DNA of 64,000 nt from Gammaproteobacteria bacterium (GTDB lineage Bacteria > Pseudomonadota > Gammaproteobacteria > Ga0077536). The position numbers and the translations under genes were made by a program. The notes below the pieces were generated by a model that had not been told where the DNA came from, searched no databases, and saw nothing but the letters and a program-made list of their open reading frames with translations. Shown here piece after piece: positions 9,888 through 21,036 of the stretch. Within the stretch, counting starts at the first letter, position 1. Each line of letters opens with the position of its first letter. The DNA is taken from contig SHZM01000009.1 of NCBI GenBank assembly GCA_009692265.1, positions 1-64,000 of the forward strand. Reading direction: 5' to 3'.

Positions 9888-10052
9888 GCAAATTTGTTCT
9901 CGACATCTTCCCACTTTAAAAAAAGGGGGACCGAGGGGGATTTATCTTAATACGGCGCACCGCAAATCCCCCCTACCCCTTTTTCAAAGCGGGGAAACAA
10001 CAACGCAGCACTGTCGTTGAAGTTTCTCGGAAAATTTCCGAGAACAAATCAG
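9888..10052 (+). repeat. MITE-like repeat element, copy A (about 165 bp, with terminal inverted repeats)
   Basis: Near-identical in reverse complement to 34745..34915. Terminal inverted repeats are aaatttgttctcg and cgagaacaaat; flanking imperfect direct repeats are ccctcagctcagtgcaa and ccctcagctgcagtgcaa. It is intergenic between the metallo-beta-lactamase-fold gene start and the MFS gene stop. Confidence 0.75.
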
Positions 10053-10076
10053 CCATGACCCTCAGCTGCAGTGCAA

Positions 10077-11258
10077 TTAAGCAGCGAACCGGCGGGTTCT
10101 CGTCACCGCAAGCCCAAGGGTCGCGAACGCCGCGAAGGCAGCGCCCAGCGCGAATGTCGCGGCTGGCCCGTAATGATCCCAGGCCAGGCCCGCGAGCACA
10201 CTGGCCACTAGCACTGCTATTCCGCTCATGAGATTGAATACCCCGAACGCGGTGCCAAGTAAGTCGGGTGGCGCCGCATCGGCGACGAGCTTGCTTAACA
10301 GGCCCTGGGTCAAGCCCAGGTGGATTCCCCACAGTGCCGCGCCGAGCAAGACCATCGCCGGATTAGCCGCGATCGCCAATACCCCGTCGGCAGCGATTAG
10401 AAACAGCAGCCCGATGATTAATAAGCCGCGCGGTTTTAGGCGATCGGCCGCAACCCCGGCTGGGTAGGCCACCGCAGCATAGACTACGCTCATCACGACT
10501 AACACGCTCGGTGCCCACGCGAGATTAAGCCCGACGCTGTGCGCGCGAAGGAGCAGAAAAGCCTCGCTGAATCGCGCCAGGGTGAACACTATCCCGAGTG
10601 CGACCACCCACCAGTAGCGCCGAGTTAAGCGAGTTGCCGCGTGCCAGAGGATCGATTTTCCGGTGGAGAGTGGGCGCGCAGCGGGCTCCGCGACACCGAA
10701 ACAGAGGACCGCGACCGACAACAGCGCCGGGATCACGGCAGCCCACAGTGCGAGCTTGAGATCGTTCGCAAGCATCAGCATCAACCCGATCGCGAGCAGT
10801 GGTCCGATGAATGCGCCGACCGAATCGAGCGCCTGACGTAGTCCAAAGGCCGCGCCGCGCTGTGTAAGTGGCGTCACTTCTGCGATCAGTGCATCGCGCT
10901 GCGCGCCGCGGATCCCCTTGCCGATCCGATCGAGCAGGCGCGCGGTAAACACCCATTCCACACTCGCCGCGAGCGGAAAAATCGGTTTCGACAGCGCTGC
11001 CATGCCGTAGCCGATGACCGCAAGTAATTTACGTTTGCCGAGATAATCACTGAGCACACCGGAGAACACTTTGACCATCTGTGCAGTCGCCTCCGCGGTC
11101 CCTTCGATGACACCGATCACGGCCATGCTCGCGCCCAGGCTGTTCGCAAGGTACAGCGGCAACAAGCTGTGCACGAGTTCCGAGGAAGCGTCCATGAACA
11201 GGGACACGAAACCGAGTGCCCACACGGTGCGGGGCAGGCGGGCATGGTTCGCAGTCAC
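10077..11258 (-). CDS. MFS transporter
   Basis: 393 aa with 12 predicted transmembrane segments and typical MFS loop motifs (GKRKLL..., DRIGKG). Confidence 0.75.
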   Translation of the reverse strand: MTANHARLPRTVWALGFVSLFMDASSELVHSLLPLYLANSLGASMAVIGVIEGTAEATAQMVKVFSGVLSDYLGKRKLLAVIGYGMAALSKPIFPLAASVEWVFTARLLDRIGKGIRGAQRDALIAEVTPLTQRGAAFGLRQALDSVGAFIGPLLAIGLMLMLANDLKLALWAAVIPALLSVAVLCFGVAEPAARPLSTGKSILWHAATRLTRRYWWVVALGIVFTLARFSEAFLLLRAHSVGLNLAWAPSVLVVMSVVYAAVAYPAGVAADRLKPRGLLIIGLLFLIAADGVLAIAANPAMVLLGAALWGIHLGLTQGLLSKLVADAAPPDLLGTAFGVFNLMSGIAVLVASVLAGLAWDHYGPAATFALGAAFAAFATLGLAVTRTRRFAA

Positions 11259-11333
11259 TTCGACCGTTGCTCTAAGTTACGGTGGGCAGGCGAGCGCTTG
11301 CGCGACCAGCTCGCCGCATAGGCTGCGCCGAGG

Positions 11334-14300
11334 TTACACACGTCGAAGTTTCTTTCGTTGCAATAAAAAAAACGCAGCTGGGATTACAAATAAGGACAGC
11401 AGCGGTGCCGTCACCATACCGCCAACCATCGGTGCGGCGATACGGCGCATGATTTCAGAGCCCGTTCCAGTCCCGAGCAGGATCGGCAGGAGACCGGCCA
11501 GGATCACCGCCGCCGTCATTGCCTTCGGACGCACGCGGCTGACGGCACCTTCGCGGATCGCCGCTTTCAACTGTTCGATGTCGATGGTGATTCCGCTCGC
11601 CACCTGTCGTTCTAGTGCCTGTCGCAAGTACCACAGCATTACGATTCCAAACTCGGCGGCGACCCCGGTCAACGCGATAAACCCAACTCCCGTTGCCACT
11701 GACCTCTGATAGTCGAGGCTATATAACAACCACAGTCCACCCACCGACGCGCACGGAATCGTCAGCATGATTACCAACGCTTCGGAGACCCGCGCGAAAA
11801 CCACCAACAGCAACACAAAGATGATCGCGATCACGGCGGGTGCGACCCATTGCAGTCGCGCGGTGGCGCGCGCCAGGTATTCATATTGGCCCGAATAAGT
11901 CACTGTCACTCCGACCGGCAGCGGAACTTGCGCCGCGATCCCGGTCCGAAGATCGCGCACGACCCGTCCGAGATCTGAACTATTCACGTCGACATACACC
12001 CATCCCGAGAGTCGCGCGTTCTCGCTTCTGATCTGCGGTGGCCCGTCGTTGATTTTCACCGTTGCCACCGCGCCCAAAGTCAGGAGCTGCCCGTTGGAGG
12101 CGACAAACGGCAATTCGCGCAATCGCGTGAGCGAGTCTCGCAATTCGCGTGGGTAGCGTACGTTGATCGGAAATCGCGCGAGGCCTTCAACGGTCTGGTC
12201 GATGTTCTCACCGCCGACCGCCGCCGCGATAATGGTCTGGATCTCCGCGACAGTCAGACCGTACTGCGCGATCTGCTGGCGATCGATTTCAATATCGAGA
12301 TAGCGCCCGCCGGTGAGTCGTTCGGCCAATGCCGAACTCACCCCGGGCGTGACCTTTGCGATCTTTTCGATCGCACGCGCGGTGCGTTCGATGGTGACGG
12401 GATCAGGTCCGGATATTTTCACCCCAATCGGGCTTTTGATCCCGGTGGCGAGCATGTCGATCCGATTACGGATAGGCGGCACCCATAAGTTCGACAGACC
12501 CGGCACCTGCACGCGGCGATCCAACTCCGCGATGAGCGCGTCAAGGGTCAAGCCCGGGCGCCAGGCCTCGCGCGGTTTCAGTTTGATCGTCGTTTCGAAC
12601 ATTTCGAGTGGCGCGGGATCGGTCGCGGTCTCGGCGCGTCCGGCTTTGCCAAACACATGTTCCACTTCGGGCATTGCTTTGATCATTCGATCGGTGCGTT
12701 GCAACAACTCGCTTGCCTTGGCGGCCGAAAGACCCGGTAGCGCGGTCGGCATGTACAGAAGATCGCCCTCATCGAGCGCCGGCATGAATTCAGATCCCAG
12801 GTGACGCCAGGGATAGATCGCCGATAGCAACGCGAGCCCCGCCAGCAGCAAAGTGGTTCGCGGCCACCGCAGAACTGCATTCAGCAATGGCAGGTACAGG
12901 GCTACCAGCAATACGCTCAGCGGATTGTCTGCTTCGCGCGGAATGCGGCCACGGATCACATAGCCCATGAGCACCGGCGCAAGGGTGACCGACAAGCACG
13001 CGGCTGCCGCCATCGCATACGTTTTGGTATACGCCAGAGGTCCAAACAAGCGACCTTCCTGCGCCACGAGCGCGAATATCGGAGTAAACGAGATGGTAAT
13101 CAACAGCAGGCTAATAAATATTGCCGGCCCCACCTCGCTCGCCGCGTCGCCGATCACCCGCCAGCGGGTAGCGCTATCTAAGGTGTTCGCGGGATGCGCG
13201 TGCTGCCAGTGCTCTAAATGCTTGTGGGCGTTCTCGAGCATGACAATCACCGCGTCGACCATCGCGCCCACCGCGATCGCGATGCCACCCAGCGACATGA
13301 TATTCGCGGTGATCCCCTGATACTTCATCACGATGAAGGCCGCGAGCACGCTAAGCGGCAGGAGGATGATCGCAACCAACGCCGAGCGCAGATGAAACAG
13401 AAAAATCACGGTCACCGCCATCACAACTGCGAACTCCTCGATGAGCTTATTGGTTAGGTTCGCGACCGCGCGGTCGATCAACTCCGAGCGATCATAGACC
13501 GGCACGATCTCCACGCCTTCCGGTAGACCTGACGTGAGTTCCGCTAGTTTCTTGCGTACAGCTGCGATCGTGGCGCGCGCGTTACCCCCGGCGCGCAGCA
13601 ACACCACCGCGCCGACCGTTTCACCTTCGCCGTCGAGCTCCGCGATCCCTCGGCGCATTTCCGGCCCGCGTTGAATGATCGCGACATCGGCCAGGACAAT
13701 CGGGATCCCATTGCTGGCGGTGCCCAGGGGCACCGCGCGGAGATCAGCGATGCCGCGCAGATAAGTGCTCGCGCGAACCATGTATTCCGCTTCGGCGATT
13801 TCGATCACGCCGCCGCCAGTTTCGCGATTAGCCGCCTGAATCGCCGCAATCACGCGCGCAATCGGCATTCCATAGGACGCGAGCTTCATGGGATCGAGCA
13901 GCACCTGATACTGCTGCACCATGCCGCCGATCGTCGCGACTTCGGCGACCTCGGGCAGCCCCGACAATTCGAATTTTAAAAACCAGTCTTGCAGCGCGCG
14001 TAGCTGTCCAAGATCATGACGACCCGAGCGATCGACCAGCGCATATTGATAAATCCAGCCAACACCCGTCGCGTCCGGTCCCAGGTTCGATTTCGCCGTA
14101 GGCGGCAGTCGTGACTGGACTTGATTCAAGTACTCCAGCACGCGCGAGCGTGCCCAGTACAAGTCCGTCCCGTCTTCGAACAGCACATAGACAAACGAAT
14201 CGCCGTAGAACGAATACCCACGGACCGACTTCGCGCCAGGCACTGACAACATCGTGGTGGTCAGCGGGTAGGTCACCTGATTTTCGACAATTTGGGGCGC

Positions 14301-14468
14301 CTGTCCCGGCAAGCTCGTGCGAATGATTACCTGCACATCGGAGAGATCCGGCAGCGCGTCGATCGGCGTTGAGCGAACGGCCCAGATCCCCCAGGCCGCG
14401 AGGAAAAGGCTCAACGTGAGCACGATCGCTCGTTGCTCAATCGATGCTCGAATAAGGCGCGCGATCAT
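11334..14468 (-). CDS. cusA: Cu(I)/Ag(I) efflux RND permease CusA (HME-RND)
   Basis: 1044 aa. Long stretches are near-identical to E. coli CusA, for example [27 protein letters not shown] and [20 protein letters not shown]...[28 protein letters not shown]. Confidence 0.85.
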   Translation of the reverse strand: MIARLIRASIEQRAIVLTLSLFLAAWGIWAVRSTPIDALPDLSDVQVIIRTSLPGQAPQIVENQVTYPLTTTMLSVPGAKSVRGYSFYGDSFVYVLFEDGTDLYWARSRVLEYLNQVQSRLPPTAKSNLGPDATGVGWIYQYALVDRSGRHDLGQLRALQDWFLKFELSGLPEVAEVATIGGMVQQYQVLLDPMKLASYGMPIARVIAAIQAANRETGGGVIEIAEAEYMVRASTYLRGIADLRAVPLGTASNGIPIVLADVAIIQRGPEMRRGIAELDGEGETVGAVVLLRAGGNARATIAAVRKKLAELTSGLPEGVEIVPVYDRSELIDRAVANLTNKLIEEFAVVMAVTVIFLFHLRSALVAIILLPLSVLAAFIVMKYQGITANIMSLGGIAIAVGAMVDAVIVMLENAHKHLEHWQHAHPANTLDSATRWRVIGDAASEVGPAIFISLLLITISFTPIFALVAQEGRLFGPLAYTKTYAMAAAACLSVTLAPVLMGYVIRGRIPREADNPLSVLLVALYLPLLNAVLRWPRTTLLLAGLALLSAIYPWRHLGSEFMPALDEGDLLYMPTALPGLSAAKASELLQRTDRMIKAMPEVEHVFGKAGRAETATDPAPLEMFETTIKLKPREAWRPGLTLDALIAELDRRVQVPGLSNLWVPPIRNRIDMLATGIKSPIGVKISGPDPVTIERTARAIEKIAKVTPGVSSALAERLTGGRYLDIEIDRQQIAQYGLTVAEIQTIIAAAVGGENIDQTVEGLARFPINVRYPRELRDSLTRLRELPFVASNGQLLTLGAVATVKINDGPPQIRSENARLSGWVYVDVNSSDLGRVVRDLRTGIAAQVPLPVGVTVTYSGQYEYLARATARLQWVAPAVIAIIFVLLLVVFARVSEALVIMLTIPCASVGGLWLLYSLDYQRSVATGVGFIALTGVAAEFGIVMLWYLRQALERQVASGITIDIEQLKAAIREGAVSRVRPKAMTAAVILAGLLPILLGTGTGSEIMRRIAAPMVGGMVTAPLLSLFVIPAAFFLLQRKKLRRV

Positions 14469-15703
14469 GGTGGGGTCTCCACATCAACCTGGCCGCGTAA
14501 ACTCGCTTCGGAATCGAACAGAAACTGACCGGACGCGACGATCCGATCACCGGCCTGTAGACCGGTACTCACTTCGATCTCGCTAGCGCCCTCATGACCG
14601 AGTTGAATCGAGACCGCGCGAAAGTGTCCGGCACTTTCTTCGCGCATGACCAAGGTGCGGGTGCCGGTACGAATAACCGCCTCGCTCGGCACCAGCACGG
14701 CGGGCTCAGAGTTGGTCGACGCAATCATCACGCGCGCTGACATGCCTGCCTTGAGCCGTCGCTCGCGGTTGGGCAGTTCGATCCGCACCCGCAAAGTGCG
14801 GGTAGCAGGATCGGTACTCGCAAGGATCGCCGCAATCGTGCCGTTGAGGGGTGTCGCCGGAAACGCCGCCAGTTCGGCGCGAACCACTTGTCCGACCTCC
14901 ACGGCTTCGGCGGCCGTTTCGGGCACTGCTATCTCCAGCCACATCGGATCAAGCCCAGTGATCGTGGCGAGGGTCACCCCAGCGCCCAGGCTCATGCCCG
15001 CGCGCACCTCCAGCGTGGTCAGTACCCCCGTGAGGGGTGCGCCAATAGTAAGAACAGGTTGTGTTTTCCCCGTGGCGACGACCGTGTCGATCAGTGCAGA
15101 CGGCATGCCGAGTCGCTGCAAACGACTACGCGCCGCGGCACTTAAACTTGAATCACCGAGGGCATACAGCGCGAGTAATTCTTGTTGAGCCGCCAGCCAT
15201 TCCGGCACCAGCAGATCGGCCAGTGGGGCGCCTTCGGCGATCTCATCACCCGGTGCGCGCGCGTATACCCTCTCGACGTAACCGGCAGTGCGAGTTTGCA
15301 CGATCGCCACGTCGCGGGCGTTGAACGCCAGCTGACCGGAGGCGATGATTTCGCGCGACAAGTTTCCCGTACGTACGGTCACCACGCGCACCCCAAGATT
15401 TTGCGCCACGACGGGGTCGATCCGAAGATTTCCCTTCTCGGCGCTATCCTGCTCGTCGTCTGCGTACTTCGGCACCAGCGCCATGTCCATGAACGGCGAT
15501 TTTCCTGGGCGATCAAAACGCTGGGTGGGCACCATTGGGTCGTACCAGTACAGCACTGTACGCGCGTTGTGCGGGGTCGGTGTCGCCTCGAATAATTTCG
15601 CACTCGAGTGCCACGCGCTCCAGTACCCGATACCGATCCCAAGGATGAGCGCTACGCCGATCGCAACACCAAGCCAGGAGTTACTCGTGCGCATCGTGTT
15701 CAC
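14465..15703 (-). CDS. cusB: efflux RND periplasmic adaptor (CusB/CzcB family)
   Basis: 412 aa with an N-terminal membrane anchor and a membrane-fusion-protein beta-barrel/lipoyl fold. It is translationally coupled to cusA by a 4-nt overlap. Confidence 0.75.
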   Translation of the reverse strand: MNTMRTSNSWLGVAIGVALILGIGIGYWSAWHSSAKLFEATPTPHNARTVLYWYDPMVPTQRFDRPGKSPFMDMALVPKYADDEQDSAEKGNLRIDPVVAQNLGVRVVTVRTGNLSREIIASGQLAFNARDVAIVQTRTAGYVERVYARAPGDEIAEGAPLADLLVPEWLAAQQELLALYALGDSSLSAAARSRLQRLGMPSALIDTVVATGKTQPVLTIGAPLTGVLTTLEVRAGMSLGAGVTLATITGLDPMWLEIAVPETAAEAVEVGQVVRAELAAFPATPLNGTIAAILASTDPATRTLRVRIELPNRERRLKAGMSARVMIASTNSEPAVLVPSEAVIRTGTRTLVMREESAGHFRAVSIQLGHEGASEIEVSTGLQAGDRIVASGQFLFDSEASLRGQVDVETPP

Positions 15704-16964
15704 CTCCCTCGTAGGTGTAATACAAGTCAGCGGCTGAAAGAGTCACCGCAGCGGTTGCGTCGAGCAGCTCTAAACGGGTTTCGATCAAGGTGCCGCGGGT
15801 GTCCAGTAGGGTCTCGAGATCAATACTTCCGGCAGCATAGGCGGCAGCGGCCAGTGTCGCGCGGCGCTTTGCCAACGGCAGCCGTTGGGTTTGATAACGC
15901 ACCAAGCGCTGCCGATCGCGCGCATGCCGCACCAAGCCACGTTCAAGCGCGGCCGCGTGGTCGCGCAACATTTGGGCGCGCTCGGCTTCGAGTGCGGCTA
16001 AGTCCTGGAGACGGGCAGCAATGAGCGGATCCTGGCGGTGCTCCGCAAACAATGGCAGGTCGATCGAGACTTCGGCCGAGATCATGTCCCCATACTCGGG
16101 GCCCCGATGCGCGTAGGCGACTTCGAAATCCCAATCGGGGCGCTTATCCGCCGCGGCCGCGGTCATCGCAGCTCGCGCTTCGTCGAGGCGGCTTGCGAAT
16201 TCCAGCAGCTCAGGATGCTGCTGCACATGCGCGCGCAGGTGCGCAGGCTCCACTTCGATGTGCGGCGGCGAGACGCTCAACGGGAGTTCCGCCGCGGCGC
16301 CGATCAGGCGTGCGAGTTCAACGCGCGCTTGGTCGCGTTCGGCCGCCAAGGCTTCATGCCGATCGGCTAGTTCCAAGGTGTCGATTTCTGGCGCGAGGGC
16401 AGCCACTGGATCAAGCGCTCCGGCCGCCACCTGACCCGGCACGGTATGCGAGGCCCGCGTATTCTCCTCGCTCAAGTCGCGCAACGCCGCGAGCTTGCGC
16501 TCGGCGTAGTACACCTCTAACCAGGCCAGTGCCGCATCGCGCCGCAACTTCAGCCGTGTAGTCAACGCCGTCGCGTTCGCGGTGCCGATTTTCGCTTCGG
16601 CGCCGTGTCGCCGTGCCTCCCGTTTCGCACGATTAGTCCACGCCTGCTGAATACCGACCTTCTGCATGGTCATGAAGTCGCGACTCAACGAGAAACTATC
16701 GCGACCGGTAATCGGGAGATTGTCGAGGCCAACGACGAGTTTCGGATCCGGCAGCGCGTCGGCCGGGATCGCCTGCGCGCGTAGCGCCGCGATCCGCGCG
16801 GTGTCGGCCTGTACCGCCGGGGTGTCATGCGTCGCGAGCGAAAGCGCTTGTTCAAACGATAATTGTGCATCTGCCCACGTCGGGGCGAGGGCCAGAAGGC
16901 CCGTGAAGATCCATGCCAACATGGCTGAACTCCCATTGTTCAGCGTGCGCAGCGCGCACCTCAC
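15681..16964 (-). CDS. cusC: outer-membrane efflux protein (CusC/TolC family)
   Basis: 427 aa with a signal peptide and two TolC-type repeat halves rich in coiled coil (Ala/Arg/Leu/Glu). It lies directly upstream of cusB. Confidence 0.7.
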   Translation of the reverse strand: MRCALRTLNNGSSAMLAWIFTGLLALAPTWADAQLSFEQALSLATHDTPAVQADTARIAALRAQAIPADALPDPKLVVGLDNLPITGRDSFSLSRDFMTMQKVGIQQAWTNRAKREARRHGAEAKIGTANATALTTRLKLRRDAALAWLEVYYAERKLAALRDLSEENTRASHTVPGQVAAGALDPVAALAPEIDTLELADRHEALAAERDQARVELARLIGAAAELPLSVSPPHIEVEPAHLRAHVQQHPELLEFASRLDEARAAMTAAAADKRPDWDFEVAYAHRGPEYGDMISAEVSIDLPLFAEHRQDPLIAARLQDLAALEAERAQMLRDHAAALERGLVRHARDRQRLVRYQTQRLPLAKRRATLAAAAYAAGSIDLETLLDTRGTLIETRLELLDATAAVTLSAADLYYTYEGGEHDAHE

Positions 16965-16998
16965 TCACAGCACAGCCGTGAGCCCTGCGAGCGGAGAA

Positions 16999-17334
16999 TT
17001 AACTAAAACGAGGTGGGCGCCACAACCCGGTTGGGTCGTGACCAGAGAGTAGGCTGGTGAAAGCGGAGAAGAGAGGAGTCGAGACGAATTCATGGCTGCT
17101 CGCGAGTGCCACGGGCAATGACGGTGCGCTGCAGTGATTACAGTGCTTGGCCTGCTGACAATCGGCTGGGAGCCCAGGCTCACCACAGCATTTCATCGGC
17201 GCGTGCTTAGGCACGGGGGCCTCTTGGTCGTGCATCGGGCAGCTCGGTGCCACCGGCGTGAAAGCCGCCATCCCGATCCAGGGGATCACGGCGAGGAGTA
17301 CTCCAATAACACTCAAACGGAAACGACGCATCAC
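16999..17334 (-). CDS. small secreted Cys/His-rich protein (putative periplasmic metal-binding protein, in the CusF-equivalent position)
   Basis: 111 aa with a signal peptide and then HDQEAPVPKHAPMKCCGEPGLPADCQQAKHCNHCSAPS. It is the first gene of the cus-like operon. Confidence 0.4.
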   Translation of the reverse strand: MMRRFRLSVIGVLLAVIPWIGMAAFTPVAPSCPMHDQEAPVPKHAPMKCCGEPGLPADCQQAKHCNHCSAPSLPVALASSHEFVSTPLFSAFTSLLSGHDPTGLWRPPRFS

Positions 17335-17428
17335 AGTATTCGCGGCTAGCTGTTAATGAGTATAGCGGTCCAGGTCCATCGTTTCCATATGGAGAGTTCC
17401 CGCCGGAATGAAGCGCTGGACCTATCGG

Positions 17429-19366
17429 CTATTTCGAATTATGTCGCTTCTTCCGCGGCTTCAGAGAACCTCTGCGCTGTTGCGCGCTTTCCGCGCTGAG
17501 TTCAGCCAGCCCTTTAATCTGCGGTTCGGTTAGCAAGGCCAGGTTAAAGCGATGCTTGCCTAAACGGACCTTCTTCAGATGCTGCAGGACTTCGCGCGGC
17601 ATGCCGTCCGGCAAATCAACGGTGCTGAAGTCGTCGAAAATTTCAATACGACCGATGTAGCGGCTGTCGATGCCGGCTTCGTTTGCGATTGCGCCCACGA
17701 TATGTTTAGGCGTCGCGCCCTGTTGCACACCAATATCAATACGGTAGCGCACGAGTTCGACATCGTTGGCAATAACTGGGGGTGGCGGTCGAGAGTCGGC
17801 CAGGGGCGCGGGACGGGCACCCAGCGGCGGCCGAGTCGTGCGAGCTTTCTGAGACTCATAGCCTTCTTGCCGAGGTTCGTGATGGTCACGACGGGGTTCG
17901 TACTGTGTCGGCGGTGCGGCTGGACGTTCTCGACGCGGTGGCTCACTGCGGGTGCCGCGCGGCGCGCGCTCTTCGCGGAACGGTGGGGGCGGGGCTTCGC
18001 GCTGTTTGGCCTCAAGCCGCAGCGGTCGATCGCGCTGGACCATAAAACTCAGCGCGGCCGCGATTTCTCGGGGTTCGACCCCCTGTTCGTGCGCCATTTG
18101 ATCGACAAGGCCGCCGAAAAATTCCAGATTCTCATTCGCGACTGTATCGATCACCGCTTGCTTGAATTGCACTACGCGGCGTTCAACGATCGCATCCAGG
18201 CTGGGAGTGCGCATCGCTTCGATCGGTTGCTTGGTCGCGTGCTCGATCGCACGCAACATCCGCATCTCGCGCGGTGCGACGAACAGGATCGCGACCCCAG
18301 TGCGCCCGGCGCGAGCGGTGCGACCAATCCGATGCACATAGCCTTCGATGTCGTGTGGAATGTCGTAATTGATTACATGACTGATCCGCGGCACATCAAG
18401 GCCGCGTGCCGCGACATCGGTCGCGATCACGATGTCGATATGATTATTTTTGAGCTGATCGATCGTCTTCTCGCGTTGCGCCTGATTCAGATCTCCGTTC
18501 AGCGCCGCGCACGGATAACCGCGCGCTTCGAGTTTTTCCGCGAGTTCCACGGTTGCGGTCTTGGTACGCACAAACACCAGCGCGGCATCGATCTCTTCAA
18601 TTTCGAGAATCCGGGTCAACGCATCGAGCTTATGCAGCCCGGCGACCTGCCAATACCGCTGGTGTACGGCTTCGACCGTGCTGGTCTTGCTCTTAATCTT
18701 GATCTCTTGAGGTTCGCGCAAATGGTTGCGGGCCACCACGCGGATCGGCTCAGGCATGGTGGCCGAGAACAGCCCGGTCTGGCGGGTCGGCGGGGTGTGT
18801 TCGAGGATCCAGGTGACTTCTTCCAGAAACCCCATGCGCAGCATTTCATCGGCTTCATCAAGGATGAGCGCGCGCAGCTTGCCGAGCTTGAGGCTTTCGC
18901 GCCGTAAGTGATCCATTACCCGACCCGGCGTGCCGACGATCACATGCACCGGGCGCTGGAGTGCGCGTAATTGCACGACCATGCTCTGTCCACCGTAGAT
19001 CGGCACCACGTGGAAACCAGGCAGGTGTCGCGCGTAACTCTGAAACGCCTCGGCGACTTGAATGGCGAGTTCGCGGGTCGGCGTTAGTACCAGTACCTGC
19101 GGTTCGCGCTGTTGCATGTCGAGGCGCGCGAGTAACGGCAACGCGAAGGCGGCGGTCTTGCCGGTCCCGGTCTGCGCCTGACCGATAAGGTCCTGGCCTT
19201 GCATCAATACCGGAATGGCGGCGGCCTGGATCGGACTCGGCGTCTCGTAGCCGACCGCTTCAAGCGCGGTCATCAGAAAGGGGGGCAGGCCAAAGGCGGC
19301 AAAATTTTCGGAAGTTTCGGACATCAAGGAACCTGACAAACGGAGGGGCGCGCAGTGTAATCCCAC
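17429..19366 (-). CDS. deaD: DEAD-box ATP-dependent RNA helicase (DeaD/CsdA type) with C-terminal DbpA-like RNA-binding domain
   Basis: Q-motif, AQTGTGKT, DEAD, SAT and HRIGRTGR motifs, plus an Arg/Pro/Glu-rich linker and a C-terminal DbpA-type domain. The start is probably MSETSENF at about 19324. Confidence 0.85.
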   Translation of the reverse strand: MGLHCAPLRLSGSLMSETSENFAAFGLPPFLMTALEAVGYETPSPIQAAAIPVLMQGQDLIGQAQTGTGKTAAFALPLLARLDMQQREPQVLVLTPTRELAIQVAEAFQSYARHLPGFHVVPIYGGQSMVVQLRALQRPVHVIVGTPGRVMDHLRRESLKLGKLRALILDEADEMLRMGFLEEVTWILEHTPPTRQTGLFSATMPEPIRVVARNHLREPQEIKIKSKTSTVEAVHQRYWQVAGLHKLDALTRILEIEEIDAALVFVRTKTATVELAEKLEARGYPCAALNGDLNQAQREKTIDQLKNNHIDIVIATDVAARGLDVPRISHVINYDIPHDIEGYVHRIGRTARAGRTGVAILFVAPREMRMLRAIEHATKQPIEAMRTPSLDAIVERRVVQFKQAVIDTVANENLEFFGGLVDQMAHEQGVEPREIAAALSFMVQRDRPLRLEAKQREAPPPPFREERAPRGTRSEPPRRERPAAPPTQYEPRRDHHEPRQEGYESQKARTTRPPLGARPAPLADSRPPPPVIANDVELVRYRIDIGVQQGATPKHIVGAIANEAGIDSRYIGRIEIFDDFSTVDLPDGMPREVLQHLKKVRLGKHRFNLALLTEPQIKGLAELSAESAQQRRGSLKPRKKRHNSK

Positions 19367-19522
19367 CGAGGGGGCAGCGTCTTCGGAAATCTGCCTAAAT
19401 TTCGAGCCACGGAGGTTGATTTTGTATCAGATCGGCGAAATCGAGTGGGTATCCGAACTTACGCGCCTGAGCGAAGGGTCGCAGCCGGGCTTCGAGGTAC
19501 GGGGGACGCGCCGCCCCTTAGC

Positions 19523-20560
19523 TTAGCAACAGGCCCCACCCGTAGTCACCGCGTCTTGTGCGAACGGGATGCTGCTCCCGCACCCTTCGAATAGACCGTA
19601 ATGCCGTTCAAAATTGCCGATGAATTCGAAATGCGGTTTGAAGCGCGTGTCATGCAACATCTTCCAGGTATTCCCGCAGACCGGAAATACGCGGCCGGTT
19701 TCGATGTCGTGGTGCCCATCTAACACGAAGCGATGCGGGTGCGCGGCGATGGTGCCGCGGTAGATCACGGCCTGGCCGTAATCTTCACAGGCGGTTTCGA
19801 GTCCCACCAGCTTGAATAAACGGTAGGTCGCCGAATAAAACCGCACCGTGCCAGCGCGTGCTGCGAGCTCAGGATCGGTGATCGTAAGCGGCCGATTGGC
19901 GACCAGGCGCGGATCGGCAAAGCCGTGACGGTGGGCCAAGCGCAGAAAATCATTCCAATACAGCGCGCCCCCCATGCATTCGTTATAGAGCAACGCGTCG
20001 TCGCGCACCTTTGCGGGCACTCGCCGATCGGCATACACATCCGAAAAATAGAATTCTCCACCGGGCTTGAGCAGGTTAAACACTTCGCGCAGCACCGCAT
20101 CTTTGTCCGGCGAGAGATTCACAACGCAGTTCGAGACGATGACATCGATGCTGCCGGCCGGAATGCCGAGCTCGTCCAGGCGTTCGATGAAGCCCTGCTT
20201 GAATTCAACATTGTCGAAACCGAACTGCTCACGGTGATAACTGCGATAGCGCTCGGCGAGGGCCAGTTGTTCGGTGGTCATGTCGACCCCGATGACATGC
20301 CCCCCCGCACCGACTAGTTGGGCTAACACATAGACGTCGCGCCCGGCGCCACAACCGAGGTCGAGTACGCGCATCCCTTCGAGCAGGGATGGGCAGACCA
20401 ACCCGCAGCCGTAGTAGCGGGCGAGCACTTCGGGGTGCACGCGTTTAAGCAGGGTTTTGAACCAACCTGGAACCTCCTCGGGATCGCAGCACGCGGAGGT
20501 TTTTAGATCGACCGAGCTTTGCAGGGTTTGACCGTAGTATTCTTGAATCGATTCGTGCAT
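19523..20560 (-). CDS. arsM: arsenite S-adenosylmethionine methyltransferase (ArsM-like)
   Basis: SAM-binding VLDLGCGAGRD plus the conserved ArsM cysteines: ACC and YYGCG near the N-terminus, SNCVVNL and ECMGGALYW, and a C-terminal CC. Confidence 0.7.
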   Translation of the reverse strand: MHESIQEYYGQTLQSSVDLKTSACCDPEEVPGWFKTLLKRVHPEVLARYYGCGLVCPSLLEGMRVLDLGCGAGRDVYVLAQLVGAGGHVIGVDMTTEQLALAERYRSYHREQFGFDNVEFKQGFIERLDELGIPAGSIDVIVSNCVVNLSPDKDAVLREVFNLLKPGGEFYFSDVYADRRVPAKVRDDALLYNECMGGALYWNDFLRLAHRHGFADPRLVANRPLTITDPELAARAGTVRFYSATYRLFKLVGLETACEDYGQAVIYRGTIAAHPHRFVLDGHHDIETGRVFPVCGNTWKMLHDTRFKPHFEFIGNFERHYGLFEGCGSSIPFAQDAVTTGGACC

Positions 20561-20676
20561 CCGACGCTCCCTAAGTTCTCGCCAGAGTCTTTCGCTGGTG
20601 GCGGCTTTGAATGGATGGCAGCATCATACGGGACTAGGCTCCATGGCAAAATCACTAAATACCCCGGAGGGACCGA

Positions 20677-21036
20677 ATGGGTGCGACCGCTATCCCCGTC
20701 GATAAGCAACCGCTGATTTATGCGCGCTTCACGCATCGATTGCGCGAGCACATTAAAACGCTAATCACCCCCGCGCTGATTGAAGAACATCGGCTGAAAC
20801 CGCTCGGGCAGGGCAGTGATGACTTGGAACGGGTCAAAAATTTCCTGAGCCGCCCGCCGAGTTATGGCCTCTACGCGCGAGTGCCAATGCGTGAATGGCA
20901 GCTCATTCGGTTGCCGATTAAAGCCAGCCAAGCGCCGAAGCCAATCGATTCGGTGATTTATCGCGACGAAGCCACGGCTTATCACGCGGCGTTTCTCAAA
21001 CATCTCGACGACTTAATGGCGAGGGGCGCCCGATGA
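20677..21036 (+). CDS. hypothetical small protein, possible small subunit partner of the downstream amidohydrolase-like enzyme
   Basis: 119 aa, translationally coupled to the 750-aa gene by an ATGA overlap. Confidence 0.3.
   Translation: MGATAIPVDKQPLIYARFTHRLREHIKTLITPALIEEHRLKPLGQGSDDLERVKNFLSRPPSYGLYARVPMREWQLIRLPIKASQAPKPIDSVIYRDEATAYHAAFLKHLDDLMARGAR

Noticed and set aside
9973-10332. 119-aa ORF (and the similar 74-aa ORF at 34635..34859) ending in ...LFSEIFRETSTTVLRCCFPALKKG
   Set aside because: The shared peptide tail arises because both ORFs read through the two copies of the MITE-like repeat. They are by-products of the repeat, not genes.
17579-18907. 442-aa + strand ORF
   Set aside because: It is entirely antisense to the DEAD-box helicase gene, which has all canonical motifs. 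It is a GC artefact.
19367-19522. Imperfect hairpin cttcggaaat...aatttcgag between deaD and arsM, superficially similar to the MITE palindrome
   Set aside because: Only about 8 nt of resemblance, no terminal inverted repeat or direct repeat structure. More likely an ordinary promoter or terminator region.
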